Positions 1 through 12,477 of a stretch of DNA of 64,000 bases are shown here, piece by piece (positions within the stretch are counted from its first letter, which is position 1; each line of letters opens with the position of its first letter). The notes under the pieces are model-generated. The model was not told the DNA's origin, made no database searches, and saw nothing but the letters and a program-made list of their open reading frames with translations. The stretch comes from Octopus vulgaris. Its lineage: Eukaryota. Where the stretch lies: positions 53,754,001-53,818,000 of the forward strand of contig OX597830.1 in NCBI GenBank assembly GCA_951406725.2, in the 5' to 3' direction. The position numbers and the translations under genes were made by a program.

Positions 1-60
1 ATCCCTTTGTCTGTCCTTGTTTGTCCCCTCTGTGTTTAGCCCCTTGTGGGTAGTAAAGAA
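1..60 (+). mobile_element. 3' tail of Nin/Deu-domain SINE
   Basis: TTTGTCTGTCCTTGTTTGTCCCCTCTGTGTTTAGCCCCTTGTGGGTAGTAAAGAAA matches the tails of fuller copies at 39000-39230 and 62830-63250. Confidence 0.75.
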
Positions 61-73
61 ATATATATATATG

Positions 74-126
<53 letters not shown>

Positions 127-132
127 ATATAT

Positions 133-680
133 AGGGTTATTCCATAAATAATGTGGGTTTTTTTATACTTCTTTTACTTTTCAAAATTAAGATAAAGTTC
201 TTTTTTAATCTAAAATATATTCTTCCTCATTTTCTACAATGCTCTTTCATCAATCTGGTAGTCTTGCAAGACCCCTCTTCAAAAATTCACTTGTCTGTGA
301 CGGAAAATACTCCTCCAATACTGTTTTGACTTTGTCTACAGAATTCATGTTTTTTCTGTCCAAATGATTTTGAAGATTGCAGAATAAAGGATAATCAGAT
401 GGAGCAATGTCTGGTGAATATCATGGGTGGGGTTTCATTTCCCATTTAAACTGCTCCAGCCTTCGGAATGTGATCCTCACTGTATGTGGCCAAGCATTAT
501 CCTGATGGAAGAACATCTTTTATTTTGAAACCAAAGATGGTGGCTTTTCTTCTAGTGTTGACTTAAGCCACTCAAACTGCTTGCAGTAGATTTCCTTTGT
601 TATCATTTAGTTGGGGTTTAAAAGTTCAAAGTGGACTAAACCTTTCATATCCCACCAAACAGATAACAAAACCATATTTT
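133..680 (-). mobile_element. mariner transposon 3' fragment with one TIR
   Basis: Degenerate FHQDNAWPH and HP-YSPDIAPSDY motifs on the - strand. Terminal AGGGTTATTCCATAAATAAT abuts a TA microsatellite. Same family as 5140-5582. Confidence 0.85.
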
Positions 681-881
681 AGCCTGGGGTGCTGGACTAC
701 AAGCCCTGGGATAGGTGGTGCGTAGTCAGTTTCATGTCAGGGGATGTGGGAAATACTATGTGAGAGCAGGGCAGAACAGGTCCCTGCAGAGGGATCTGCA
801 TGGCTACTCACATCTTGTATGTAAAAAAAAATGGATAGGGAGAAGAGAAAATGACCAGTAGGAGCTGCAAGACAGATAATG

Positions 882-931
882 GTGCCCAGATGGCCCCACA
901 AGGCACAAGTCTTGTGGGGTCATCTGGGCAC
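882..931. other. GC-rich 21-bp stem hairpin
   Basis: GTGCCCAGATGGCCCCACAAG-gcacaagt-CTTGTGGGGTCATCTGGGCAC; one G.U pair, otherwise perfect. Confidence 0.85.
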
Positions 932-1019
932 TTTGACTTGCTAACAACACACATCCACAAGAAGTGGATGGTTTGTAAGATGGAGTGGGGAGTGCAGACT
1001 GCAAAAGGGGTGGGATTGG

Positions 1020-1268
1020 ACGACCTTCTTTCAATTTCATCTATCAGGTCCAGTCATAAAGCTTTGGTCAACTTGGGTCCTTAGTAGTAGACACTTGCTG
1101 AAGGTGCTACACAGTGGAACTGAACCTGTAATTGTGTAGGTGGAAAGAAAACTTCTTAACCAGACAGCCATGCCAGCAGTTTTGCCAGGAACAACATAGG
1201 TACGGGTATGGGCATATTAAAGGAAGTGGTTATATATAGATGTAAGTTAAAGGGTGTGTTTGTGTGTA

Positions 1269-1300
<32 letters not shown>

Positions 1301-2295
1301 ATGTATTAAAAGGAGTGTGGAATATATAACACACATGGATGTGTTAATGAGTGTATATATATTTTGGGTGTGTGTATGTGTGCATTTGATTGTCATAGCA
1401 ACAATAAAGCACACTAGTAGGTGTATATAGAAACACTTCAGAGTTGAAGAGTAATAACTAAGTGGACAGAGTGGTGGTGGTGGTGGTGGTGGTCATGGCA
1501 GTATTGTCTTTTAATTACTTCCAAGCTGTAGCTTCAAACCTACTCTAAGTAGTTTGATATGTTTGTGGGCAGAGCATAAGTTTTGAAGGACTATTAAACT
1601 TATCTTTGCATTTAGCTGATGTTGAGGCTTTCAGCTGTTGCTGGATGAAAGCCCCAACATCCCATCGCTAGTTGCACACTTAACTGTCTACAGTGCCCAA
1701 TTATGGACTGGATGAAGTTCTCCAGTGGTCAGGTGATTGATTACTCCTGTTATTGGCATTGGTTTTAGAGGTGAATTATTTTAAAAAGTGTTTTCCTGGG
1801 CACAAACATGGTTGTGTGACTAAGAAGTTTATCTTTAAAGCTGTATGGTCCTATGTTCAAGGTTCAATCCCACTTCTTCCCACTTGGGTTTGATCCTACT
1901 GCATGACACTTAGACAGACAAGGATCTTCTACTGTAACTTTGAGAATCTTTGTAGATGGAAAACTATATGGAAGCTTGTTAGAGAGATAATTCTTGTTTT
2001 TGGCTGATGATCTTAATCTATAGCCTGGTTTAACCACACAGCCTGACATTTTATGTATGGAAACTGTACTGAAGACTATTGGATATGTGTGTGTGTGTAT
2101 TTATGCATATTTGTCTCTCTCCACATATATGTGTGTGTTTGACTAGCTTCTTTTTAGTTTCTGTCTACCAAATTCACTCACAAGTCTTTGGCCTGCCCTG
2201 ATGGTGTAATCAAAGATAGTTGCTCAAGGTGCAGTGCAGTAGGACTAAACCCAAAACAATATCATTGCAAAGTAAAGTTCTTAACTACGCAGTCA
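1020..2295. mobile_element. degraded CORE-type tRNA SINE fragments (1020-1175 -, 1800-2085 +, 2145-2295 -)
   Basis: Similarity by eye to the intact copies at 4305-4730 and 11035-11422. Confidence 0.6.
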
Positions 2296-2749
2296 TAGTT
2301 CTGTTCTGTATCATACAATCTAGTCTTAATTTTCATATCTAACAATACAATTCAGATGGAACAAGGTTGAAGTCTGGGGCTGTCAATGCGACCAATATCA
2401 TCTGTTGATTGCAGAAGTTAATTTTAAAGATTTTATCGTTTGGTATGACAGATTTGACCTTAAATAAGACACGCTTAAAGTAGTTTGTGATTTATTTAAA
2501 GTGTAATTTTTTATTGCTGTAATTCCTGCAGTGTAAAGTTGTGTTGCTGTGTTTTGTAGTGTGTCACTTGTGCAATAACTGTCCCACACCACTTCACCGC
2601 TCAAGATGATGGATAATGTGACACTATCCCATTGAGAATGATCAACGAGCCCTTCCATTTGTTTAAGTGAACTGATTTACTAATTGAATTATCATGTAAA
2701 AGGTTCTCTCTCTCTCTCTCTCTCACACACAGACACACACACAATGATA

Positions 2750-3165
2750 TATGCTTGGCTATGTAGTTAAGAAGTTTCCTTACCAACCACTTTTTCAGGT
2801 TCAATCCCACTGCATAGCATTTTAGGCTTGTGTCTTCGACTGTAGCCTCAGGCTGACCAAAGCCCTGTGAGTGGATTCGGTTGATGGAAACTAAAAGAAG
2901 CCCATTGTGTATATATATATGTGTGTGCGTGCTTGCATATGTGTGTTTTTGGTTCCTTGTCTCAATATTGCATGGTTGTAAATTAACTTCACTCTCATAG
3001 AAACTGTGCCTTTCATTTCTAATCTTTTGTGAAATTGTTACATTACTTGGAGACAGATGAGGGTTGGTGACAGGAAGGGCATCCAAGCATAGAAAATTTA
3101 CTCCAACAAATTCTGTGTAATCCATGCAAGGATGGAAATGTATGTTAAAGTGATGATGATGATGA
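2750..3165 (+). mobile_element. tRNA SINE with CORE-like body and RTE-type (GAT)n tail
   Basis: TGGCTATGTAGTTAAG A-box, GGTTCAATCCC B-box, AGGAAGGGCATCC tail motif, ends in (TGA)n. Confidence 0.65.
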
Positions 3166-3194
3166 TATCTATATCTAATACATATATATATATA

Positions 3195-3531
3195 CTAGCA
3201 GTATTGCTCGGCGTTGCTCGGGTTTGTTTTGACCCTTTAGAATTGGAATTATGTAGCTTCTTATTCTCTTTAAGTGAACATTTTTCTGGTTGAAATACAC
3301 TGAAAAATGGCGACACAGCAGTAAAAAAATCGTAAAAAATAGGGATTTTCATAGAAAAAAAGCACCTTTTTGATGTAAGTAATTTTTGGTGTTAACATGG
3401 TCTGATTTGAAACCTTCTTCTATCACACTCTCAATTTTGGTCAACTTGCACCCCAGGGTCTCGGAGGAGATAGTGCTAGTTGAAGGCTACCAAACCTGCC
3501 ATACACAGACAACTTCAGCTTTATATATATA
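3195..3531 (-). mobile_element. non-autonomous Helitron
   Basis: Reverse copy of 15381-15772 and 38546-38939, with subterminal hairpin and CTAG end. Confidence 0.75.
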
Positions 3532-4304
3532 GTTGGTGTTTTGGGTTTCATTCTCAGTTGAGATAGTACCTATACTCTTGATATCTAGATGATGTAAGAA
3601 TTAAGTATACTTATACTACCTAACAAAATACTTGAGGCAAATTTGAACTCAAGTTCTGAGAGTTGGTATTTGTAATGCTGAGCCTAAATACTTCTTTGTG
3701 TGTGTGGAGGAGGGTGGAGGGGGGTAGATTGGTGAAAGAGGGACTTCTTGTGACTCTTTTTGGCCTATGTTCACTTAATGGAAGAAGGAGAAGACATCAA
3801 ATGGTGTTCCTATGTTCCTTTTGGCTATAGGACTTAACAGAAATAGTCTAAAGAAGTTGCTATTGATATTTGGATTTTATTTCCAGGAAGGATTTTGAAA
3901 TTGTCTTTAGCAAGTCTAGTGGCTATCGCAGAATTAGTAATAGGGAAGTGGACAGGACTGTGAAGGTTGAGGTGGGTCTTTTTCTCTACAGCCAAGCCCT
4001 CATCAAGTGTTTTCAAGTGCTACACAAAGAGGAAGGTGAAAGTCGTGACAGAGAGTGCTGCGTTTCTGTAAATTTGCTGAAAATTAGATTCAGCTGAATG
4101 AGTTCCATCCTGAACATGCAGTTATAGGTCAGGAACTAGAAGAGGTTTTTGGAGAGGGCACATATGCGTGATAACCACTGTAATCTGAGATCTGTTGGGA
4201 TGTTGAGGTTGGCCCTATGTAGCTGTCCCTCTCTTGACATACATTGTATAATTTTGTTATTTCATTTCATATTCATTCAAGCAAGGAGAAACAAACTTAA
4301 AATT

Positions 4305-4462
4305 ATAGGTGTAGGAGTGGCTATGTGGTAAGTAGCTTGCTTACCAACCACATGGTTCTGGGTTCAGTTCCACTGTGTGGCTCCTTGGGCAAGTGTCTTC
4401 TACTATAGCCTCGGGCCTACCAAAGCCTTGTGAGTGGATTTGGAAACTGAAAGAAGCCTGTC

Positions 4463-4506
<44 letters not shown>

Positions 4507-4730
4507 GTATGTGTGTGTGTATATGTTTGTGTGTCTGTGTTTGTCCCCCCAACATCACTTGACAACTGATGCTGGTGTGTTTAGGTCCCTGTAACTTAGC
4601 GGTTCGGCAAAAAAGACCAATAGCATAAGTACTAGGCTTACAAAGAATAAGTCCTGGAGTCGATTTGCTCGACTAAAGGTGGTGCTCCAGCATGTCCGCA
4701 GTCAAATGACTGAAACAAGTAAAAGAGTAA
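4305..4730 (+). mobile_element. CORE-type tRNA-derived SINE, full length
   Basis: GGAGTGGCTATGTGGTAAG A-box, GGTTCAGTTCC B-box, CCTTGGGCAAGT CORE-like motif, internal (TA)/(TG) tract, GACTGAAACAAGTAAAAGAGTAA tail. Confidence 0.85.
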
Positions 4731-4784
4731 AGAGAGTGGTGGTGTTTTTCCCCCAATCCAATCATCATCAAAATTATCATTGTC

Positions 4785-4985
4785 ATCATCACCATCATTT
4801 AACATCCATGTTCCATGCTGACATGGGTTGTACAATTTGACAGGATTTGACAAGTCCAAGGACTCTGTCATGTTCTAATGTCTACTTTAGCAGGGTTTCT
4901 ACAGTTGGATACTCTTTCTAATGCCAACCGTTTTACAGTGAGTATTGGGTGGGTTTTTTTTTCGTAGCGCCAGCACTAGTGAGTT
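4785..4985 (-). mobile_element. RTE-tailed repeat fragment
   Basis: (CAT)n TTTAACATCC...ATGGGTTG...GGATACTCTTTCTAATGCCAACC, shared with many copies in the window. Confidence 0.65.
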
Positions 4986-5139
4986 CAACTGAGTGGGGCT
5001 ACAGAAGATTAGGAATCAGCTTTGCAAGAGGTGAAAGTATGAGAGAAGTGGCCGTAATAGATTTGGCTTCTTGCTGTAGATAAAATATATACTAGTTGAG
5101 TACAGGGGTTAATGTAATCGACCAACTCTTCTCCTCAAA

Positions 5140-5582
5140 ATGAAAGGTTTAGTCCACTTTGAACTTTTAAACCAAATGATAACAAAGGAGATCTACTGCG
5201 AGCAGCTTGAGTGGCTTAAGTCAGTTCTAGAAGAAAAACGACCATCTTTGGTTTCAAGATGAAAGATGTTCTTCCATCAGGATAATGCTTGGCCACATAC
5301 AGCGAGGATCACATTCCGAAGGCTGGAGTATTTTGAATGGGAAATGATGCCCCCACCCACCATATTTGCCAGACATTGCTCCATCTGATTATCATTTATT
5401 CCGCAGCCTTCAAAATCATATGGCTGGAGAATATATGAAACCTGTAGACGAGACCAGAACAGTACTGGAGGAGTATTTTTCAAAATGAAGGAGAATATAT
5501 TTTAGATTAGAAAAGAACTTTATCTTAATTTTAAAAAGTCAAAAAGTATAAAAAACCCGTATTATTTATGGGATGACCCTAT
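5140..5582 (+). mobile_element. mariner transposon 3' fragment with one TIR
   Basis: FFHQDNAWPH and degenerate HPPYxPDIAPSDYHLF. Ends ATTATTTATGGGATGACCCT followed by TA. Confidence 0.85.
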
Positions 5583-5762
5583 ATATATAACACAAAGTAA
5601 GTTAGGGGTTATGGGTGTAACCCACTAAGGGATAGTATTTATCCAATATACTGTTGGTAAAGTACCCAGATTCTTAATACACAAATGTTTTTAATTGCAA
5701 TGCAATTAACTTATTTATTGTATTAAACGGGTGAAGGTAAAGAAATATTTTTGCCGTAAATT

Positions 5763-5915
5763 TATAATACAAATAAGAAAATGGAGAAACAAATTTAGTT
5801 TGTTCATCAACTTTCGGATATTAGAATGTTGGATTATTTATTAATCCAACATTCTAATATCCGAAAGTTGATGAACAAGCTAAACTTGTTTCTCCATTTT
5901 CTTATTTGTATTATA
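5763..5915. repeat. ~150-bp near-perfect palindrome
   Basis: TATAATACAAATAAGAAAATGGAG...GTTGGATTA tttat TAATCCAAC...CTCCATTTTCTTATTTGTATTATA. Confidence 0.9.
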
Positions 5916-6428
5916 CACACACACACACACACATATTTATAAAGACTTGTAGGGTGTAATTTTAGGCAGATTTTGCTGCTATATCTAGAAGGTTGAGTGA
6001 CAATGTGGAGACTTCTGTCACCTGTCTTGTGTCATATATTACACACTGCACAAAATGATTAGAAAAAGATGTCAGAGGTGAGAGAAGCCCAAGGCATTTT
6101 TAAGTAATTAAAGTTTTCTGTCACTCAAAACTGACACTGACCAATGAGCAACTAACAGAACTAATTTTATTATTACTGTTTTGTTGTCATGGCAGTGGAT
6201 GATGTGAACACAAACTGAACAGCCTATTTTGTTGTAAACATATTGGGTGAAGCAAAAAAAAAGAAAAAGAAAAAAAGACAAAAAACTTGCACATTTTGTA
6301 GATTCACCTTTTTTGGTAAACATTTCTGCAGCAAATGTACAGTGAACTCCATTTTGAATCATGATGGTAACTAAGAGAAAAAAGGGGTTATACATGAGGT
6401 ATATGATGACCCCCCCATTACCACCGCC

Positions 6429-6648
6429 TTAACCCTTTTGTTACTGTATTTATTTTGAGATGCTCTGTGTTTCTTTCAATTACTTTAAATATAACAAAGA
6501 ATTTAGTAAAATAACTTGGTTATCATTCAGTTAGTGTTAGGAACATAAATTGTGACTAAGATTGTGGAAGATTTTAATTCAAAACTTATGAAAACAAGAT
6601 ATTTGTACTCAGAGACGGTTACAGCCGGATTGGTAACAAAAGGGTTAA
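6429..6648. mobile_element. piggyBac-type TTAA MITE
   Basis: TTAA|CCCTTTTGTTAC ... GTAACAAAAGGG|TTAA. Related copies at 8729-8957, 48975-49175 and 60721-60941. Confidence 0.8.
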
Positions 6649-8219
6649 CCTTACTAGTACCACAACTGCACGTAAAATATGGTGTTTTGTTTTTTCTGTT
6701 GCACCCTGTATTTCTTCACATGTTTACAAAATTACCAACAAAACAGTATGGTAGCTTATGAAGAGATAAATGTATAGATTTATGTCTATATGTATTTAGT
6801 CTTTTTGAGGGTCTTTTTGGATACTTGCGCAATGAGAATTGAACTGACTGGTTTCCTTTTTTTTAATGCAAATAAGTTTATGCCCAAGAACAATTAATTT
6901 ACATAAAGGTATGGGGGTTGATAGCTTAAGTGTGGGTGATAGATTCAGAGCTGGTTTTGAATATACTGAGGGTTAGGGTGTAGTGATGGTTATGAACATA
7001 GGATTATCACTGTAATGTGGGGTTATAAATATAGCTTAAGTTATGAATATAATATAATTACTATCCACTTTTGCATGTTAGCATGGGTTGGATGGGTTTC
7101 AGTATCTCATTATTTTGAGTCCTTTGTAATCAAAGCAAGAGAAAAACCCTACAAAAGCATATTCTTCCTGACCCCTGAAGGCAAAGTGTCCTTTTCCAGT
7201 TGTCCCCGTCCAATCTCAAGACACATCACTCTCATCTGCCTTTCAATAAATTCAGTGGGAGACTGCACTTCTCTCTCCATCTTTAGTTTCCTTTTCAAGT
7301 TGAACTTGAAAAAAGTTGTTGAGAACCCTGGCCAAGGGCAAAGTTGTCTGTTTTCAATTCAGCAATTTCAATCTGATTTCCCACATAACTTTTTTTTGTC
7401 AAAGTCATCAGATATATAAAACTGCTTTGCCCTTCTAGGCCATAAAAAGGTGGCTGGACAATCTTCACAATGGATTCAGCCAACAACTGGAATTGTCCTA
7501 CACATGATAACAGCTATTCAACACAATACCACAAGCCAGCAATTCTTGGGCACTGATATTTTAATGATAATAGTCATTCATCAGTAAAATCAATTCTAGA
7601 TTATCAGAGACAGGTGATATATATATTGCCTGGTTAAACAAAAGTACTTCTGACCTCACATATATTTACTTACACTGTAAAATTATGCACCATGAATTTG
7701 CAGGATATTCATACAGACTCACAAGCTGTTACATGCATATGCATATATATATATATATACACATACACACACACACATAGTGTCTCTTTCTCACTCATAG
7801 ATGCATACATATATAAACATATTTCTGTGAAGTACTGGAGGCGATGACATCCACTTATCTCTCCCGCCTCAAACTTGCTGGCCAGTTTCATTCCTAAATT
7901 TGAAACCATTATTATTATAACGGTAGAATTACTAGTATTGCATTATGTCTTTTAGATACTTAGCTTGAACACGTGAAGGTCCGAGTTCAAATCTGCTGGA
8001 ATTCATTTTTGTGTTTCATCCATCTGGATCTCATGAAATAAGTATATATTCTACATTTGAGATTTCTAGTAATTATTCTTATAATTATTTTTAATTGGAC
8101 ATTTGTCTTAAAGTTTATGTGAACAAATTTAGAACAGCTAAAAAAAGATGTTTTTATGTTAATATTTCTTTTTTAATAATTCTTACAAAGCTTGTTTATA
8201 TTCCATAGAGCGCATGCTT

Positions 8220-9310
8220 TTCTAAACTCTTTTGTTACCATATTTCTTTTGAAATACACCGCATGTGTTTCAGTTAATTTTGGAAACAATCATGAACTTT
8301 GTAAATTAAGTTCGCTTTCATTAATTTAGTGTTTGGAACATAGATTTTTTTTTCAAAGGTTTTAATTTAGATCAAATTAAAATGGGAAGTTCGTAACACA
8401 GAACCAAGGGTGGTCTCTGGTGGGTTGTTTATGAAGGATCAAAGAATGGAATTCTACTAAACCCTTTTGATGCCAACCAGACTGATAATGCCCTTGATTC
8501 CATAATGCAAATGTCCTGTTTTAAAGTGATCTAAATTAAAACCTTCCATCAAAATTTCTTGTTAATTTATGTTCCAAATACCAGATTAACCCCTTCGTTA
8601 CCATATTTTTTTCCTGAAATACACTGCCTTTGTTTTAGTTGATTTTGATGACTTTGTCGTTGCTTAGCTTGGATTTAGAACATAAATTAACATGGACTTT
8701 TGGTGGAAGGCTTTCATTTAGATCGCTTTAACCGGTTTAATTACTGTATTTATTTTGAGATGCTCTGTGTTTCTTTCAATTACTTTAAATATAACAAAGA
8801 ATTTGCTAAAATAACTTAGTTATCATTCAGCTAGTGTTAGGGACATAAATTGTGACTAAGGTTTGATGGAAGATTTTAATTCAAAACTTATGAAAGCAAG
8901 ACATTTGTACTCAGAGCCAGAGCCGGTTTCAGCCGGGTTGGTAACGAAAGGGTTAACCTTTTAGCATTTAAACTGGTCATATCCAGCACAAAATATTCTC
9001 TCTGTTTTACATTCAAACTGACTAGATCCAGCCTTTCACACCCAGCCTGAAATGTTCTAAAAATAAACATTCGCAGCCTTGATAATGCATGATTAATTCA
9101 AAACTGAATAATTATAGCATTACACTTGACAGAGTAAACTGACTGCTAAAGGGTTCAAACATGGAATTTGTATCATAGCCCCTAGGCCAGTCCCAGGTGG
9201 GTTGATATCAAAAGGGTTAATAAGGACAGTTATGTTACTAAATTCTTCATTATTTCAAAATTAATTGAAACAAAGGCTCTGTACTTCAATATATATTCTG
9301 ATAAAGAGTA
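8220..9310. mobile_element. nested cluster of TTAA piggyBac-type MITEs
   Basis: Multiple TTAACCC/GGGTTAA ends. Bodies are related to 6429-6648, 42410-42630 and 45940-46545. Confidence 0.7.
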
Positions 9311-9433
9311 AATAATGACATTTACACCCTTTTCTTTCCTTTTACTAACTCCTCCTCATGCTCATTCTTCCCCCTCACTCCTTATATCGTCCCTCAAACT
9401 GCCATTTTTCTATATATGTAAGGAAGGAATTAC

Positions 9434-9544
9434 AACCGTGTTTCGTGGTCTGCTACCACAACAGCTCCTTTATAGGATCCAGTTAGCTCAAGACATCATC
9501 AGGAGGAACCACGTCCGGTTTCGGCCCCTACTCCTCTACCGTTT
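9434..9544 (-). ncRNA. type III hammerhead ribozyme-like motif in a GC-rich ~280-bp insert (~9416-9690)
   Basis: On the - strand: AAACG-GUA|GAGGAG-loop-UUCCUC-CUGAUGA-(GUCU..GCUA/UAGC AGAC stem II)-GAAA-CACGGUU. Stem I is 6 bp and the core is intact; stems II and III have bulges. Confidence 0.55.
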
Positions 9545-10171
9545 TGACGTGGCGCCCCCCCCCCACTCCTTTCGGAGGTGTCTTCATCTCTGGTGTTGGG
9601 TGCATGTCTTCTTTCTTCTTTCTTCTGTTCCCTGGCCTCTACCAGTTCTATTTTTGAAGAATTTGAAAGATAAGCCGACAGTAAAATATTTTTTCTGAAG
9701 TTGTGTAGTTTTATTTATTTATTTCAAATACTTACCAGTGTAATACTAGGGTCAGTTTGGTCGACTAATCTCTCCTCTCTCCCTTATGCTTATGTTAGAA
9801 ATCATTGGAATTGTGTGAAAGAAAGGAGGGAAGGGGTGGAATTTCGAGTGAGGGTATTGTGTGTGATGAGTGAGAGGAAAAGCATGAGTTAATATTGTGT
9901 GTGTGTATGTGTGTGTGTGTGAAGAGATGGAATATTGTGTGTGTTTGAGGAAGAAAAAAGTGAAGATAATTCTGTGGGGAGAAAGAGAGAGAGAGGGGAG
10001 AAACTAAATGCAAAAAAATGGAGAATCAGATGAAAATTACTTTGTGAAGAAATCTGTGTGAATAAGAATATGTTGTGGTGTTGGCTAATGTCAAGCAAAC
10101 ACCACATTGCTTCATGATGCTGGTTTCAGATTACAATCCTGCATTGGCAAAGGCTTATCAATAAAGCTTAC

Positions 10172-10267
10172 CTTATCCATTTTAATCTGATTGCAAAAGC
10201 TCAGTTGTGGACTGAGATGGTTCCTGGTTTGGCAAAGTAAAGAAGTTTCAGACACTTTACTGAATGT
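10172..10267 (-). CDS. candidate 96-nt exon, open in phase 0 (TFSKVSETSLLCQTRNHLSPQLSFCNQIKMDK), or a first exon ending ATG GAT AAG
   Basis: Strong donor AAG|GTAAGC, acceptor TTTCTACAG|, non-repetitive sequence; no homology recognised. Confidence 0.35.
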
Positions 10268-11034
10268 CTGTAGAAATTTGAAGCTACCAGGATGACTAAA
10301 GTGTCAAGTTTTTTCTTTTCTTTTCTTCTTTTTTTTTTTTATTTTTGGCAACAAATAAGAGAATAGTATAGATTGTAAGTATATTATATGAAACCAATCA
10401 GGAAATGTTGGAATATAGTGTTTGGCACACACAAAAAAGAAAAAGATAAAATTGAAATGTATCTTATACTTTAGGGTCTATTGGTTTAATTTTTTAATCT
10501 TATTTGGTTCTGTTTTCAATATTGCTTTGAGTTATGATAGCTTTATCATTTATTGTTTTTGCCATCGATGTTGTCATCATCATCATCATCATCATCATTA
10601 TTGCTATCATTGTGATGATTGTTATTGAGTGTTTTTCTAGACAAAGCCAGTGTGGTAATATTTATTCCAACTTAAAAGTGGATGTTCTTTCAGAACAAAC
10701 TAGACTGCAGTAGTTTGTTCTATCAGATCATGCACGTTTAAATGGGGATAAATATTATCTGTTGGTATTAATATTGTCTCTGTTGCTAAAATATATTTTT
10801 TTCAAAAAGTCTGTGTGATGTGGGAGCTATTTGGCTGCTGTCTCTGGCAAGTGTGGAGTAACTACATCCAGTTCTCCCACATTGGTATAGGGACAACAAC
10901 AACAACAGTGGTGATGGTGGTAGTATGATGTCCCAATAGAGACTTTGTTGATGATCTGATAATGATTTGTTGAACATGGTGATGATAGTATGGTAATGAT
11001 GATGATATGATGAACATGTAGAAACTTCATCAAT

Positions 11035-11422
11035 AGGCGCAGGAGTGGCTGTGTGGTAAGTAGCTTGATTACCAACCACATAGTTCTGGGTTCAGTCCCA
11101 CTGCGTGGCACCTTGGGTAAGTGTCTTCTACTATAGCCTCGGGCCGACCAAAGCCTTGTGAGTGGATTTGGTAGAGGGAAACTGAAAAGAAGCTCGTCGT
11201 ATATATGTATATATATGTGTGTTTGTGTGTCTGTGATTGTCCCCACAACATTGCTTGACAACCAGTGCTGGTGTGTTTACGTCCCTGTAACTTAGCGGTT
11301 CGGCAAAAGCGACCGGTAGAATAAGTACTAGGCTTACAAAGAATAAGTCCTGGGGTCGATTTGATTCAACTAAAGGTGGTGCTCCAGCATGGCTGCAGTC
11401 AAATGACTGAAATAAGTAAAAA
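11035..11422 (+). mobile_element. CORE-type tRNA-derived SINE, full length
   Basis: GGCGCAGGAGTGGCTGTGTGGTAAG...GGTTCAGTCCC; same family as 4305-4730. Confidence 0.85.
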
Positions 11423-12343
11423 AGTAATACTATAATGATGATGATACGATAATAGTATGATGATGATAATGATGTTGATGATGTCAATGATTATGATGAT
11501 ATGACAGTGGTGTGATGATAATGGTGTTAGAATTAAGTTATTATTTAACTAAGCCAGTGGCTTATATTCAGTATTCTTGGTTCCATTCTTAACAAAGTGG
11601 CAGAAGCAAGAATGCAGTCTTTGTTCTTGTGAAGAAAAGCTTTCTTCACTGTTCTGCTGCTCTCTGCACATCAAACAAACAAACCATTGCTCCAACAACA
11701 ACAACCACAACAACAAAATTCTCGCTTTTATTGGTTTCTAAATTGTCTCTTGTCCTGTTCTACGACTTTCATTTGACCATTTCTGTCTATTGTTTAGCAT
11801 TTTTGAGACAAATGCCATATTTTCCCCTTTGTCTGCTTCAAGATAATTAACAAAGCCTCAGCCTTTAAACAATCATTGTATTGAAATTGGTTAATGATAA
11901 TAATAACAATAATAATAATAATAATAATAACAATAATGATTTCTTTATTAACCATCTGTTTTATGGTTAATAAAGAAAGCATCATCATCATCATCATTAT
12001 TCATGGATACTTTTACAATGAATGTTGAATAATTTCCTTCCCCTGCTCTCTACCAGTTTGGTGACACAAATGTAATTTTGGGTTCCTAATTCTATTGTAA
12101 ATATTTTCTCTTTTTCCTTTTCCCATTGCTGTTCATCATCATCATCATCATCATCGTTGTTGAGGTTACTTTATAGTTGTTGTCATTGATATTTTTAATT
12201 AAAAGCTTTGCTAATTGCGTTTTAATATTACAATTTCTAAAGCTAAGAAATTGTTCTGTTTGGTGCTCTGACACACGTGTTTACCTCAGCATGCCTGGCT
12301 GGCAATGTGTCTTGCCCTTTCCTATATTTCAGTGGTAAGAATG

Positions 12344-12394
<51 letters not shown>

Positions 12395-12477
12395 TGCATC
12401 AGGGCATTATTTTGAAGAAATGCTGTTAGGCATTCTGTCTGTTGCACTAGAGTCTGTCAGTCCATTGACTTAATAAT

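Noticed and set aside
3840-4230. Possible LINE remnant or exon
   Set aside because: Coding-like composition but no diagnostic motif or convincing splice-site pair
7439-7612. Possible + strand exon (HKKVAGQSSQW...DYQRQ)
   Set aside because: Open frame between AG and GT, but the donor is weak (GTGATA) and no homology is recognised
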